DNA of 64,000 nucleotides from the human T2T-CHM13v2.0 reference genome, Homo sapiens (GCF_009914755.1 NC_060925.1), one strand, 5' to 3'; numbered from the stretch's first letter, positions 26,762 to 40,321 are shown. Translations and numbers: made by a program. Notes: generated from the letters alone by a model not told the origin.

Positions 26762-27729
26762 TCTACTAATACATTCACTGTAAGTTGTATTTCCTCTCTG
26801 AGAAGAGATAAGTTTATTTTATAAAACAGCAATGGGTGAAGTTATTTTGCTGGTTATACTTTACTAGGCACTTTAGGATGGTGGAATGAAGTGAGATGTC
26901 TTTTCACCTTAAATCAAAGGACATTTAGAATATTTTTTCTATTGCCAAATTTGACCTGACATTATTTTTCTATTAAATATTAAATCAGGCACTCCATGTT
27001 ACTCCTCTCCACCTCCAGCATCAACCACAATGCCTAGAAAGCAGATTTTCAACAAATATTTATAGAATATGTTTAATGGAAAAGAAGAAATAAAAGACCC
27101 TGAACATTAACTTAGTACCTGCTCTGTGCCAGGCACTGTGCTGGGTGCTTTTTTGTGAACTTATTCTGCAAGTTCCTTATGGTGCCAACAGAAAAATTAT
27201 ATCATTGCACACTGCATGTTATTGATCAGATTCCAGTTATGGCAATAGAAAAGCATCAATGTGTGCTAAGAAAGGCAGCAGAGCCAGCAGTCTAGAACCC
27301 AGCCTGCCAGACTTGGAATTTCTACCAGACCAGCACTGTAATTAGTAGTAGTTGCCCATTAAGAAAGTAGTGGTGTCAATAGTATGAACCTGCTGGCTGA
27401 AGGGAAGGATAAAGGCAGGCCCCAGACTCCTTTATTTGTTCAACACAGACTTCCAGAGAGTATGGATGGCTTTCTGGAGGTACGAGGATGCTTGGCATCA
27501 TCTTTCTCTAGAAGGTAATTAGTGTATATTCTTTAATTTCCATTTTGAATGAGAGAGGAAGATCATTTGTTGATCAAAACCTTATCAATTCCTACTCTGG
27601 TCTAGGAACTCTATGAAAATTAGGATATAAAGATAAACCAGGCAAAGGCCCCTGTCCTCCATGAACTCAGAGACTATTTGGAAAGACTGATAGCTAAATG
27701 CATAATCAAAGCCTTCTGGTCAATTTGGT

Positions 27730-28710
27730 AGATTGAGCTTTCAAGAGACACTTCTTCCAATCACAGAGAGATACTAGTGAAATATACAATGAAGAAAATA
27801 ATCCATTGCCAAGCTGGTACACAAAGAGGTGAAATCCCTAGGTTCCAGAAATGAAGAACAAGTTCAATACTAGTACAATGATCTTTGAGGAGGAATTAAG
27901 CAAAAGAGTCCATGATAATTTGAAAACTATGGGTACTCTCTAAGGCCTAGAGTTTTGGTATCCCATGGGGATAAGAGTTGGAGCCACAGGAAACAAACTC
28001 CCTGCGTTAGGATATGAATGAAGAATGACTGGCCTAAGTATGAAATAAGGAAAATTCTGCTGAGGATGTGATACAGAAATCTATGAAGCACCTTGGGCCA
28101 TTGGGATCACCCAGGAGAAATCAAAACCTCAGCCTGTACTACATGTGGGAGTGGGGTTGAGGTTCTTCTCAGGTATTGCACAAGCCACAAACCAAGATGG
28201 TAACATAAAAACTTGGCCTGGAATTGATTAAACTAGGAGACACTGACAGCAGCAAACCTAAAACCAGCTCTTAAAAATGTCTCAACATCCTCATGCATGA
28301 AGGTTTTCCACCAAAGACAAAATTTTAAAAATGAAAACCACAAAACAACAATGGCAAACTCCTGCTGATGTTGAGCTTACTTTAAAAAATTATAATGCAT
28401 ACAAGGGAGGGGAAGAAAGCCACCATTAGTAAGGGTTAGCAGACAAAACACATGGAAAAGCTCATACCTTAGAAACTAAACACAGTGGACCAATTTGAGA
28501 GAGTATATATGTTTAAAACGTTTCATGGTGAAAAAGTAGAAACCATGGGGCAAATGCAAGATAATATGACAAAAAAGGCATATTTCAAAATAACTAAATC
28601 AAAATTATATAATTGAAGAATAGAGCTATGGAAATTAGAAGTTTATCAAATGGTCTTAAAGTGATACACTCAGGTCAAGAATAGTAGTGATCTGGGAGAC
28701 AGATTTGAGA
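27730..28710 (+). mobile_element. Ancient L1 5'/ORF1-region (L1ME/HAL1-like) fragment
   Basis: A-rich degenerate sequence resembling old L1 ORF1 (…AATAGTAGTGATCTGGGAGACAGATTTGAGA); no intact ORF. Confidence 0.5.
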
Positions 28711-28714
28711 TAAT

Positions 28715-28900
28715 ACGGTGGTTTAGAAAATGGACTTGAGCCAGGGTGACTGACTAGGTTTGAATCTTGACTCCACTATGCGTTTCCTGTGTGACTTTTA
28801 GCAAGCCTCTCAACCTATCTGCTTTGGTCTTCTCATTTGTAAGATGAGGTAAGAAAAGCACCTACTGCATAGGGCTGTTGTGAAAATTCACCTGGCCAGC
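28715..28900 (+). mobile_element. MIR
   Basis: GGTTTGAATCTTGACTCCACT…CTCATTTGTAAGATGAGG…TAGGGCTGTTGTGA. Confidence 0.75.
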
Positions 28901-30476
28901 AAATCTGATAAACTCATTGGAGAGTAAGAAGTGATAGCTGTTTTGGGTTAATATGGTTATTACTTTGGGCTTGATATTAAAATATCATGCGTACTTCAAC
29001 AGTCTGGTAAGGCAGGCATATTTTAGGGTTGGGGTAGACATCTTAGATTCTGATAAATCATCCCTTTCTGGCCTTCCACACTTTAGTGTTCATTCATACA
29101 AGTGACATACTTCTTAGCTTGGCAACACAAGATTCTCCATGGTCTTACCCCTACTGACTCTTCTTATCTTACCTCCTGTCCCCATACTCAATATTCAATT
29201 TATTTCAATAATCTGCCTCCAATTCCCTAAACATACCATTCTCTTTCCAGCCTCTATACCTTTGTTCATGCAGCTTCCTCTGACTGGGTTTGTTCTTCAC
29301 TTGGCTAACCCCTCTTTTACTTAAGCACACCTTGAACATTCCCTCCTTCCCCATTTCCCCGCAGTGCCCCTAATGGACATACTTCTGAATAACACAGGTG
29401 GTATTCCTTCCTTGTTGGAACCTCCTGGAGGAAGAGACAGATGATTAACAAATCCTTCCATCAACCCCTTTGACCATGACATCAACAGTGCTCCAAATTA
29501 TGGGGTACCGTATTAGCCTATGTCTATCTTGATCAGAATCCTTACCTCGGTGTATTGAAATTATCTATTTCGTGCCTGCCTCTTTAAAGTCAGGGTTTGC
29601 CTTATCTATTGTCTAACACCATGCAGTAGGTAACATGCAGTAGGAAACATGGCATTAAATTATTTGGGTTCAAATCCCAGTTATGGTGTGTAAATGCCTA
29701 CCAGGCGTGAGGCACCTGCTAAGCAGGTTGCACGCATCATTTGAATTCACACCACCCTTTGCAATAGAACAGATAGGCAACAGAGGCTCATTTGGGCTAA
29801 AGGATTTGATGGAGGGGAAGTGCCAGGATTCCCACCAAGGCCTCAGGGCCAGGTCCAAGGACCATGTCTGTTGTGACAACTGAGTGCATTCATATCCCCT
29901 CCTCCTGTGGGGCAAGTTCCCTCACGTGGAGAAGCAGTAAAATACAATCCATCTCTTGGTGGGCTTTAATGCCTTCCTCTTCACCCAGCTGCTGTGTTCC
30001 ACCTGTCAGTCCCACAGCAGCTCCCCAGCCACACTCAGGTCCCAGTGTTCTGTTACATGAGTCCAGTCACTGGCATTAACCAGTTACCTGTCTATCCTTT
30101 CCAACAGGAAATGAAATTTAAAAGAGACAAGGCCACCCTGGAAGAGCCGCTGAAAGCTACTATTGATGGGTCAAGGGGGTAATTTCTGAAACAACTGCTT
30201 CAGAACCAAATACTGCCTAAAATAAATGGATCTACAGGGGCTCAACCTCAGCTTCCCCATAAGAGTGTTGGGGTGGGTGTGATAAGGGCCTATTTCCCCT
30301 TCTACCATACTCAGTCACAAGAGGTTTCAGAGGTTCTCTATAGAAAGCCAAATGTTTCTTTTGGAGAAGGGGCTGGAAATTGCTCCCATAGGCAGCAGAA
30401 ATGGAGGGAACCTACTACTTAAAAAAAAAAAAATACTGAGGCCTGTTTCCAACTGCAAATAGTTCTCTGTGCTGAC

Positions 30477-30480
<4 letters not shown>

Positions 30481-30559
<79 letters not shown>
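30481..30559. repeat. Compound (TA)n/(CA)n microsatellite in two blocks
   Basis: Two (TA)n runs, each followed by CA-rich units. Confidence 0.95.
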
Positions 30560-30717
30560 TTTTGTCCTGGTTTGCCTTTTCAAATGGCTTTCTTTACCAG
30601 GTTGGAGCTTTAGCAGGGAAGTGTGCAGTGTGGGTCTTATAAACATGGGCTCTAAAGTTACTATGACTCTGAGCTTCCTTTTGCTCACCTGTGGATGGAG
30701 ATATATGTATCTGTTAC

Positions 30718-31076
30718 TGTATTAATCCATTTTCATGCTACAGATAAAGACATACCCGAGACTGGGAAGAAAAAGAGGTTTAATGGACTTACATTCCCAC
30801 ATGGCTGAGGAGGCCTCACAATCATAGGAGAAGGCAAGGAGGAACAAGTCAAGTCCTACATGGATGGTGGCAGGCAAAGAGAGAGCTTGTGCAGAGAAAC
30901 TCCTGTTTTTAAAACCATCAGATCTCATGAAACTCATTCACTATCACGTGAACAACACAAGAAAGACCTGCCCCCATAGTTCAATCAGCTCCCACCAGGT
31001 TCCTCCCACGTCACATAGGAATTGTGGGAGACACAATTCAAGATGAGATTTGGGTTAAGACACTCAAACCATATCA
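30718..31076 (-). mobile_element. THE1A/B-type MaLR solo LTR
   Basis: TGTATTAATCC…AAACCATATCA; TSD GTTAC/ATTAC. Confidence 0.93.
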
Positions 31077-32002
31077 ATTACCTAAGGTGGTTTTCCTAGC
31101 CAACTAGCATGTCTATGGGATTCATGCCCATGTTGTGATAGGATAGCTGCTTGCTCGGTCACAACATACAGATACATCTTAGACTCAGCCCCCTGGCCTG
31201 CCTCTTCCCTCGAAGCTTCACCATCAAGGCCTATGACCAGGTTCTCTAGCTCAGGAGTGGTTTGCTCCCTCTTGTCCCCACTCTGTTACTTGATTTGTCC
31301 TTGGCACATGGTCTATTTAAATGGTATTGACTGGCCTATAGCTTAGAGCTTGATGCTTAGCTAGTCAGAATGGGGTGACTGAGTCGTTTTCTTGTGCTTT
31401 AATTGTATATATTTGGAGCTATGGGTTGAAGGTGGTATTGTAAGGATAGACTGGATCTTGCCTTGGCTCTTGGCACGTGGCAAGCTGATGAACAGTCTTC
31501 CTAGGACTGGGGTGTCTGAGAGCTTATCCATCCTTGTGTTCCAGCTTCAAAACTGGTAGCTGGTTGGGGTCGTAAGCAACATCTTTCTAATATTGATAGC
31601 ACCATTTTCTTTAAAGGTTGTCACCTTGCCATTATCAACTACTAAAACACTTAGAGCCTCTCTAACCTCATATGGAAAATAGAGGAGTGATATGTACTTG
31701 AAAGGGCTGGTGTATGAATTAAATAAAATATAAATCTCATCACAGTCTCTAGCATATATAGGTGCTCACTACTGGTAGTTCTCTTGACCGCCCCCTCCCC
31801 ACCAACTCCCTTCTGTTTCCCAAGGGGAGGGCAGCATGATTTGAGGAAACAGCACTTTAACAAGGAATCTAGGTTCTAGTTCCAGCTCAGCTCCATCACC
31901 AGGTCAATGACCTATTTAAGCTCTGGGCCTCAGGGTTTTCACCTGTTGAAAGGGAGGCATCAATCCTTGTTCTGGCTGCATTACCCATTTTGAGACTCCA
32001 AT

Positions 32003-32318
32003 GCTGCGTGAACCAGTATAGTAGCCACTACCCACCTATGTCTATTGAGAATGTGAAATGTGGACAGTCCAAAGTGAGGGGTAGCATCAGTGTAAAACAC
32101 ACTGGATCTCAAGGCCTTAATATAGAAAAGAAAATATCTTACTAATAATTTTTACATTGATTACATGTTGAAATGATATTTTCATATATTGAATTAGTAA
32201 AATACATTAAAATTAATTTATAGTACCTGATCCCTTTTAATGTGGCTAGCAGACAGTTTAAAATTACACTTCTCACTTACATTTGTGGTTCACAGTTTAT
32301 TTCTATTAGATAATGCTG
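32003..32318. mobile_element. MER33 (hAT-Charlie MITE)
   Basis: AGTAGCCACTACCCAC…TGATTACATGTTGAAATGATATTTT…AATGTGGCTAGCAGA…TTTCTATTAGATAATGCTG. Confidence 0.75.
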
Positions 32319-32488
32319 CTCTCAGGAAACAATTGCTGGAACCTTAGGTAAATGTAACCTGTTTCCTCCTTGCAGCAAAAGGAAATGCTCTCATATCCAT
32401 TCCAGCTTTAAAATTCTAGGAACTACTTTTTATAAAAAGAAATGTTTCTAAACACTGATTTTGTTTGTGTGTGTGTATATAATGCTTT

Positions 32489-32531
32489 ATGTACCCTAGA
32501 ACTTAAAATATAATTATATATATATATATAA
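32489..32531 (+). mobile_element. Extremely 5'-truncated L1PA 3' tip with (TA)n tail
   Basis: ATGTACCCTAGAACTTAAAATATAAT matches the L1PA terminal ATGTACCCTAGAACTTAAAGTATAAT at 25/26. Confidence 0.65.
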
Positions 32532-32700
32532 AGATTTTATGTGTAAGGGATTATCATTACTGATTATAGTCTGATCATTATTATAACTAGATTACAAATT
32601 GACCACTAATATGATTAGAGACAAGCAATATCTGGAGTAATTTCTCATCTGTGGAGAAAAATATTGTGGGTTAAAAGGCGAAAAACACATAGGGATTATT

Positions 32701-32986
32701 ATTTTTTTTTTCTTTTGAGACAAGATCTTATTCTGTCGCCCAGGCTGGAGTCCAGTGATGTGATCATGGCTCGTTGCAGCCTCCATCTCTCAGTCTCAAG
32801 CAATCCTCCCACTTCAGCCTCCAAGTCGCTGGGACCACAGGTGCACCATGTCCAGCTAATTTTTGTATTTAGAGACGGGGTCTCACCATGTTTCCCAGGC
32901 TTGTCTTGAACTTTTAGGCTCAAGCAATCTGCCCCCTCGGCCCCCCAAAGTGCTGGGATTACAAGCATGAGCCACCACACTCAGCC
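32701..32986 (-). mobile_element. AluJ
   Basis: Antisense Alu with J-type TGATCATGGCTC and CTCAAGCAATC. Confidence 0.92.
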
Positions 32987-34617
32987 AGGAACACCTTCCT
33001 GATAGGAGAGCAGGGATTTGGATATATGCGGGGAGCTTCTTGCCTGCTGTATATCTCCTGTATCCCTTTGCTGGCAACCAGCTCTTATTCCCTTTGCTTA
33101 CACCCAGTATAGAAGCATGCAACATGAAAATCAGTTCCCTTTGACCAAGCAGCTCTCTCTCTCTAAGACCGGTATTAATCCTTTTTGACAAGTCTATTCA
33201 CTTTAGGGAAAGGCATTGGCAAGATGAGGGATATGGAATTCTATCCGGAAATAGAGGGAAAATGACCGTTTATGGTCCATCTTGATTCTTCAAAACCTGC
33301 TCAAAGGGGAGAGATTTGCCATCAGCCCCCCTGCCATCCAGCCATCAATGGAGCAGAAAGGGTCTTCCTCACCATGTAGGGGTCTTTCCAGCCGGTTATT
33401 CCAGCTCTTGGCACCCAAGCCCTCCCATCATTCCTCATCTCCCCATCTGTGCTGTTAGGGGGGCATTCAGCCTAGAGGAACGAGGCCCTGTGGGTGCTCT
33501 GCAGATGGCTGTGTGAGCAGCATAGAACCCCACCTCCATCCTCCCAGCAACCGCTGCCCCAGCCCAGGCAGGTGAGCAACCGAGCAAGCTTGGAAGTGTT
33601 TGTGCTCCTGTTTTTACCATTTAGAATGAGGAGAGAGCTTATCTACCTTATATCTTGAGTCTCAGATTCCTTACTCCCTTGGTACTATTTTCAGTAATTA
33701 CTGGCTAAGACGAGGCACATTTCTGGACTCATAAATAATAAGGCAGTCACAGAGAAAGAGTGTCTGGCTTTTTCCCAGGCTGTTTTTTCCTTGCCTGTGT
33801 GTCTTTTAGTTTGGATTTAAGCCTATCTCCTCCTGTTGCACCCACTTCAAAAATGGCTTTACAGTTTGGCCTCAAGGTACTTCCAGAAACCTATGGACTA
33901 GGGTCCTGCTCACAGGGATCATGGAAGTCTTTCCTAGCCCTGGGCCCACAGCTTTGGTTAACCTTATCTAAAGACTTGCTGGGACTTTCGGACTTAAAAG
34001 GTCTGCTTGGCTAAAGGGAGGGGAAACGGAGATTATACAAAGTGCTTTACCATGGGGCTCCTCCCTCAGTTTCCTGCTTCTCCTTCTCCACCTTTGCTTG
34101 TTGTGCTCTAAAACACAACATCCTATTTCAAGCATCTGTGCAAACCTTACTATTTGCTCTGATGAGAACACCCTCCCCCAACCTTTTGTCATTGTTAAAG
34201 ACCCAGCTCACACTTCACCACTTCCAAGAAGACTTCCCTGACTCCACCTTCTCCCACTGATGATCACACCTTGTTCCTCCCCATGCCAGGTGATGCTTGT
34301 TTGCATGTATGTTCTTCCTCTTCTTCTCCCCATTCTTCTTCTTTCCTCATGCAAGAAATTTTATTGAAGATCTTCGTCATTTCAAGCAAGGCCCTCATGT
34401 GTCTCCCATTCAAAGAGAGGTTGACCAGGAAAAGCAGTATGGAGAGGGCTTTGAGAGAGAAAAGAACAGCGTGTCAAGCTGTGAACTTCTTGAGATCAGA
34501 AGTCATGTCTTCTTTATGCATCCTTATCTCTCCAACATCTAGTGCAGTTGTTTGAATAAAGAGAGAAATGAATGAGTGGTGAAAATCAGAATACGGGAGC
34601 CGAAAGTTACTTTAGAG

Positions 34618-34944
34618 TAGCTGTCCTCAAGCTTTGGTGGGTGTTAGAGTCACTTGGAGAGACCCGGGTTCGTTGAATCAGGCTAGACCCTATTCCCCTC
34701 CATTGTTACCATCTTCCAGGTGACTCTGATGCCCACTAAAGTTTGAGGACCAGTGATAGAGCAGTAATTCTTAACCTCAGCTGTAATTGGTATCACCTGG
34801 GGAATTTTAAAAATTACTAATGCCTGGGTCTGTTCTCCTCCTCCCCTCATTCTTATTTTATTGGTCTGGTGTATAGCCTGTGATTTGAGAGGTTTAAAAG
34901 GTCTCCAGGTGATTCTAGTGTGCAACAAAGTTTGAGAATCACTG
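34618..34944. mobile_element. Two adjacent MER5-type (hAT-Charlie) MITEs
   Basis: Two units each containing CCAGGTGA(C/T)TCT and ending AAAGTTTGAG(G/A)A(C/T)CA(G/C)TG; CTTTAGAG flanks both outer ends (34610-17, 34945-52). Confidence 0.75.
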
Positions 34945-35049
34945 CTTTAGAGTTCTTCTAGGCTAACCTGCCTTGTAGTTTGACTCTTCATGATATTCTA
35001 ACAAGTGATTAATACAAGTATAGGTGCTTGGCACTTTGTCAATTTCTGT

Positions 35050-35300
35050 CCTCAATTTTCTGAGGTAATGTAGACAAGACCTGGGCTTGGAGTGAGAAGT
35101 CCTTGGTTTATATTTAAGCTCTGTGGCTAACTCCAGATTCTTGAATATTAAGATCTGGATTTTTTCCCCCATCTGTAAAATGGGGAGAATACCAGCCTTC
35201 AAGTGTTGTTGTAAGTACAGAATGTAATGACATATGTGAGACGGCTAAGCACAAGCCCCAGAACTCATAAAATAAATACAGAAAAGGGTAGATTGATAGT
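35050..35300 (+). mobile_element. MIR
   Basis: CCCATCTGTAAAATGGGGAGAATA… core. Confidence 0.7.
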
Positions 35301-35554
35301 GATATTGATATATTTTTAAAATATCTGAATGTGTTGGCATAACTCCATCACTTGTTCCTTATGGACATCGGGAGTAACACCTCCCTTTCTCATGAAATAA
35401 TACCAATTATTAATAGCTACCATCTATCGAGGGCTTATGATATGCCAAGAACCATGTTAAGTGATTTACATGGATTGTCACATTTAATCCTCATAAAAAT
35501 TCTGAGATACTGTGACAGATTTACAGATGAAAAACTGAGCCTTAGGGAAAAGTC

Positions 35555-36010
35555 GTATTTTGAATAGTGACATCCTGCCTGCAAAAGATGTGTCCATGTC
35601 CTAAACTCTGGAACCTGTGAATTTTTCTTTATTTGGAAAAGGGGTTTTGCACATGTAATTAAATTAAGGATCTTGAGATGAGATTATCCGTCATTATCCC
35701 CAGAAGCCTAAATGCCTACAAGTGTCCTTATAAGACAGAGACAGAGGGAGTTTTTAGATGGACCCACAGAGGAGGAAGCAATGTGAAAATGAAAGCAGAG
35801 ATCACGTGATGCAGCCACAAGCTCAAGAATGCCAGGGCCCTCAGAAACTAAGAGACAAGGAATGAATTCCACTCCAGGGCCACCAGAAAGAGTGTGGCTC
35901 TGCTGGATTTTGTACTTCTAGCCTCCAGAAATGTGAAAGAATAAATTGCTGATGCTTTAAGCCACTAAGTTTGTGATAATTTGTTAAAGTAACATCAGGA
36001 AACTAAGAGA
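35555..36010 (+). mobile_element. MLT1B/C-type MaLR LTR inserted in an antisense MIR (35410-36090)
   Basis: GGAACCTGTGAAT…TTTGCACATGTAATTAAATTAAGGATCTTGAGATGAG…TTTAAGCCACTAAGTTTGTG…GGAAACTAAGA; MIR halves on both sides. Confidence 0.85.
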
Positions 36011-36129
36011 GATTTAAGCAACTTGCCCTACGTCACAAAGCAGTGAACCCAGAATTCAAACCCATGTTCTTAATCAATATATTATGTTGCCTTTAAGCTG
36101 AATTGAACTTTGTAATAAAATGTCTTAGG

Positions 36130-36340
36130 TTCATTTATTCAACAAATGTTTATTCAGTGCCTACCATGGACGAGGCCTGTACTGGCTGAAGATACAAAAA
36201 TGAAAAAGGCAGAAACATTCTTCCCTTTGGATACTCTACAATTTAGTGGAAGAGAAAAACTTTAGACAAGGTTTTTCACATACACAGAAATACTGAAAAT
36301 CATTTAATTCCAGCAGTGATAGGTGCTGCAAAGGAGATGA
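36130..36340 (-). mobile_element. L2 3' end
   Basis: TTCATTTATTCAACAAATGTTTATTCAGTGCCTAC…. Confidence 0.7.
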
Positions 36341-37269
36341 ATGAAAAAATAAGACTTATCCTGGAATATAGGATCAGATCCATCCTAGGTAGGCCCAGCT
36401 AATGGCTGAGGTAGAGGTCAGCTCTTCATTCCCTCTGGCCTGTTTACTGAGGGTTTGAGGGCTTACAGCTCCACTTTAGCCCTCCTGAGCTTGCAGAAGT
36501 TGGTCCACAAACAGATTATTTGGGGATAAAGACCCACAAAAGAAGAAAGGCAGTAAAGAATTCAGCAGACGGCGAGCTCTGCAACCCGTTGCAGACATTA
36601 TTATGAGGCAGTGGAGTGTGTGAAAACTTCTTTTAGACAAACTTCGAAAATGTTGTGTTCCTGTACCAAGCAAGATTTCCTGTAGGGTCATGAGAAGCTC
36701 ACTAATCATCTCTTTAGTTCCAAGCTATATTACTTCAGGGAAGTTTCTGTCAAGGCTTCATGCTTAAGTATCTCTTTGTCTGGGTTTATTCTGTCAAATG
36801 CTTATTTGCTTAAAAAAAAAAAAATGCCCCAAGCCTTAGTTGATCTAGCAGCTTAGGAAGTTCAAATCCCCGCATACCTCAGAGGCCTCCTAGCCTCTGC
36901 CCTAATTGCTGCAAATAACTCATGATTTCATTATCTGTGGGCCCAAAGTCAGACCAGACGAACTCTGGCCGTTGGACTATGGTTGTATAGAATTAAAACT
37001 GACTTACAAGATTTTTCTATCCATGGTCTTTACTTGTCTTCTGAACTCAGAGACCTGAATTCTTCCCAAAGATCCTTCCTAGGACTCTAATTTCAACCCC
37101 AATGTCCTCAATAGTTACATTCACTTATACATTCAACAGGTATTTATGGAGTACCAGTCATGTGGCAGGCACTGTGCTGATACAGAGGTGAAAATACAAA
37201 ATTCCTGTCTCATGAACCTCACTTTCTGGTGGAGTTAGCAAATCCCTGTGTGGGAAGTACTATTATACC

Positions 37270-37445
37270 TGACACTTCCTGAGCACCATTTAATGTGCCA
37301 TAAAAACTCTGCAAGGTAGGTACTATTATGTTCATTTCACAGGCAGGAAAACAAGTTCAAGGTAAAGTGACGCAGCTAGTAAATGGCAGAGCCAGAATTC
37401 AAATCCAGGCTTTCCTGGCTACCAAGTCCATGTTCTCAGTGACTA
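37270..37445 (-). mobile_element. MIR
   Basis: GCTAGTAAATGGCAGAGCCAGAATTCAAATCCAGG. Confidence 0.75.
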
Positions 37446-37669
37446 TTTATTTCTAAAATAATAATCTGTGTGTATAGGGAGGAAAGAAGGAACAGGCTTA
37501 GAAGGCTTTTTGCTGGTAGGATATCCTTTCTGGAAGGGGATATTCTTGATTACCCTTAGGTGGTTTTTCTTATTTGTCTTTTTTCTTTGATTTTCATACT
37601 TTCTTTAATAAATATCCTATACTCTTATAGTCAGATAAAAAATAAGTAGAAGACATAAAAATTGTAAAA

Positions 37670-38200
37670 CTCATATATACCCCCAAAGAATTGAAAACAG
37701 GTATTCAAACAAATGCAGGTACGCACATATTCATAGCTGTATTACTCACAATAGCCAAAAGATGGAAGCAGCCTAAATGTCCATCAGTGGGATGACTGGT
37801 AAACAAAGAGTGGTACAGACATACAATGGAATATTATTTGGCCATAAAAAGGAATGAAGTTCTGATACATGCCATAACATGGATAAATCTCAAAAACACT
37901 ATGCTGAGTGAAAGAAGCCAGACCTAAAAGGTCACGTGTATGATTTCATTCATGTGAAATATTCAGAAGAGGTAAATGCATAGAGGCAGAAGTTGAATTG
38001 GTTGCCAGGGGCTGGCTAGAGTGGGAGAAGGGAGCAATTGCTTTATAGGTACACACTTTCCTTTTGGGCTGCCAGATCTGTTTTCCAATTAGATAGAAAT
38101 GGTGGTTGTACAACATTGTCAGTATATTAAATGCCACTAAATTGTTCACTTTAAAACAGTTAATTTTGTGTTAAGTGACTTTTGCCAAAATAAAACAAAA
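37670..38200 (+). mobile_element. L1MB-type 3' fragment
   Basis: CCCAAAGAATTGAAAACAGG…GCCATAAAAAGGAATGAAGT…AATGCCACTAAATTGTTCACTTTAAAA and an A-rich tail. Confidence 0.88.
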
Positions 38201-39597
38201 ATAAGAAAACTCTAAATAAACAAAACAGTCACAATGAAGAGCTTTGGTCTTGCTATTCTTCTGTACTGCCAGGTCTCTGAGGGCTACAAAAATGAATTTA
38301 ACATTGCAACGCTAACTGTTTTTACTTAGTGCTACAGCCCCATTTCCCCGTAAGAGCCCTGGCATGTCCACTAATAAGGTAACCCCAGGCCATTCACTAA
38401 ACCTCTCTGGACTTCTTGTGTCCTCAGTTGTCACACAAGGGTAAAAATGTCTACACGAAGTCATTCCCAGATCCTAATATGATAATGTTGTGCTTCGTAA
38501 AATGTAAATTGACTTGAATATATGTCTCTTTATTTTTACATCAAGAAACAGTAGGTGATCTGAAATTATCTCTGCTTACCAAGCATCTGTGTTAAAAGAA
38601 CTGTGAGCATAAGGGGTGAAATCTTGGTAAAGTGTCTATTTAGAGGCCATGCTTTCTGTTGATGTTGACATTGCTGTTTTTTGTTTGTGGGGGTTTTGTT
38701 TTTGTTTTTACTTTATAATAACATTTATTTATATAAAAAGGAATGTTTGGGCTGGGGCTAGGAGAAATGTTGAGGTAATGGAAAACTCTAATAATGCGAT
38801 CATCTATTGAAGACACGAGCTCAGGGAAAGCCTTTCTACTGGTGACAGGCATTTTTCTGCTAAGGATTCCCAATAGGAATCAAATACTGCTGAAGATAGT
38901 AGAATCAGACTTTTGTGCTGGATCGCAGGTAAACCCTGGGTAGACCTTGAGATACTGCCCTTGCAGTGGTGCTGAGTAACAGAAGGATGCTAGCATCCTG
39001 CATCGAGTCAGAGGAGCTCACTGTAGCCCATCCCTCCAGTCCACCCAGACTAGCTAGACAGTGCCTTCTTAGCTCTCAGCAGCCCTCATCCTACTGAGAG
39101 AGGAATTTGGAGAAGACCTGGGGAAACCTTGAAAGACCACCTCAGAATCCAGCTAAACAGCTTGGGTCCTCTTTCCCAGGGCCAGTTGAGGCAGGAGACT
39201 AATAGCAGGAAGAGAGATGGCTCCCAGCTGTTCAGCTCTTTTAAGGTAAGGTGGGCCTGATGTGTCACCTGTACTGTTTATTGCCCTTATCCTTAAATAA
39301 TTTTCTTCCTTTAAAAACAAAACAAAACAAAACAAAAAACTAGCTCTTGCAATATCTAAACATATTTATTTATTGTAGAAAATCTAGAAAGTAAAATGAA
39401 GCCAAAATTATGTTACTGCTAACAGATACTGTTTGTCTTTTTAATGCATATATTTTTACAGATATATTTACTGAAAAGGAATCATATTGAGCCATTCTCT
39501 TTTGTAAACAACATTTGTCCCTTAGAAACAAATTCGCAAGCATCTTTCTGTGTCATTAAATATTTTTAACATCATTTTTATTGGCCATATTAAATGT

Positions 39598-40321
<724 letters not shown>

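Noticed and set aside
36578-36595. Hairpin TCTGCAAC-CC-GTTGCAGA
   Set aside because: 8-bp arms are expected by chance in 64 kb, and there is no miRNA-like extended stem.
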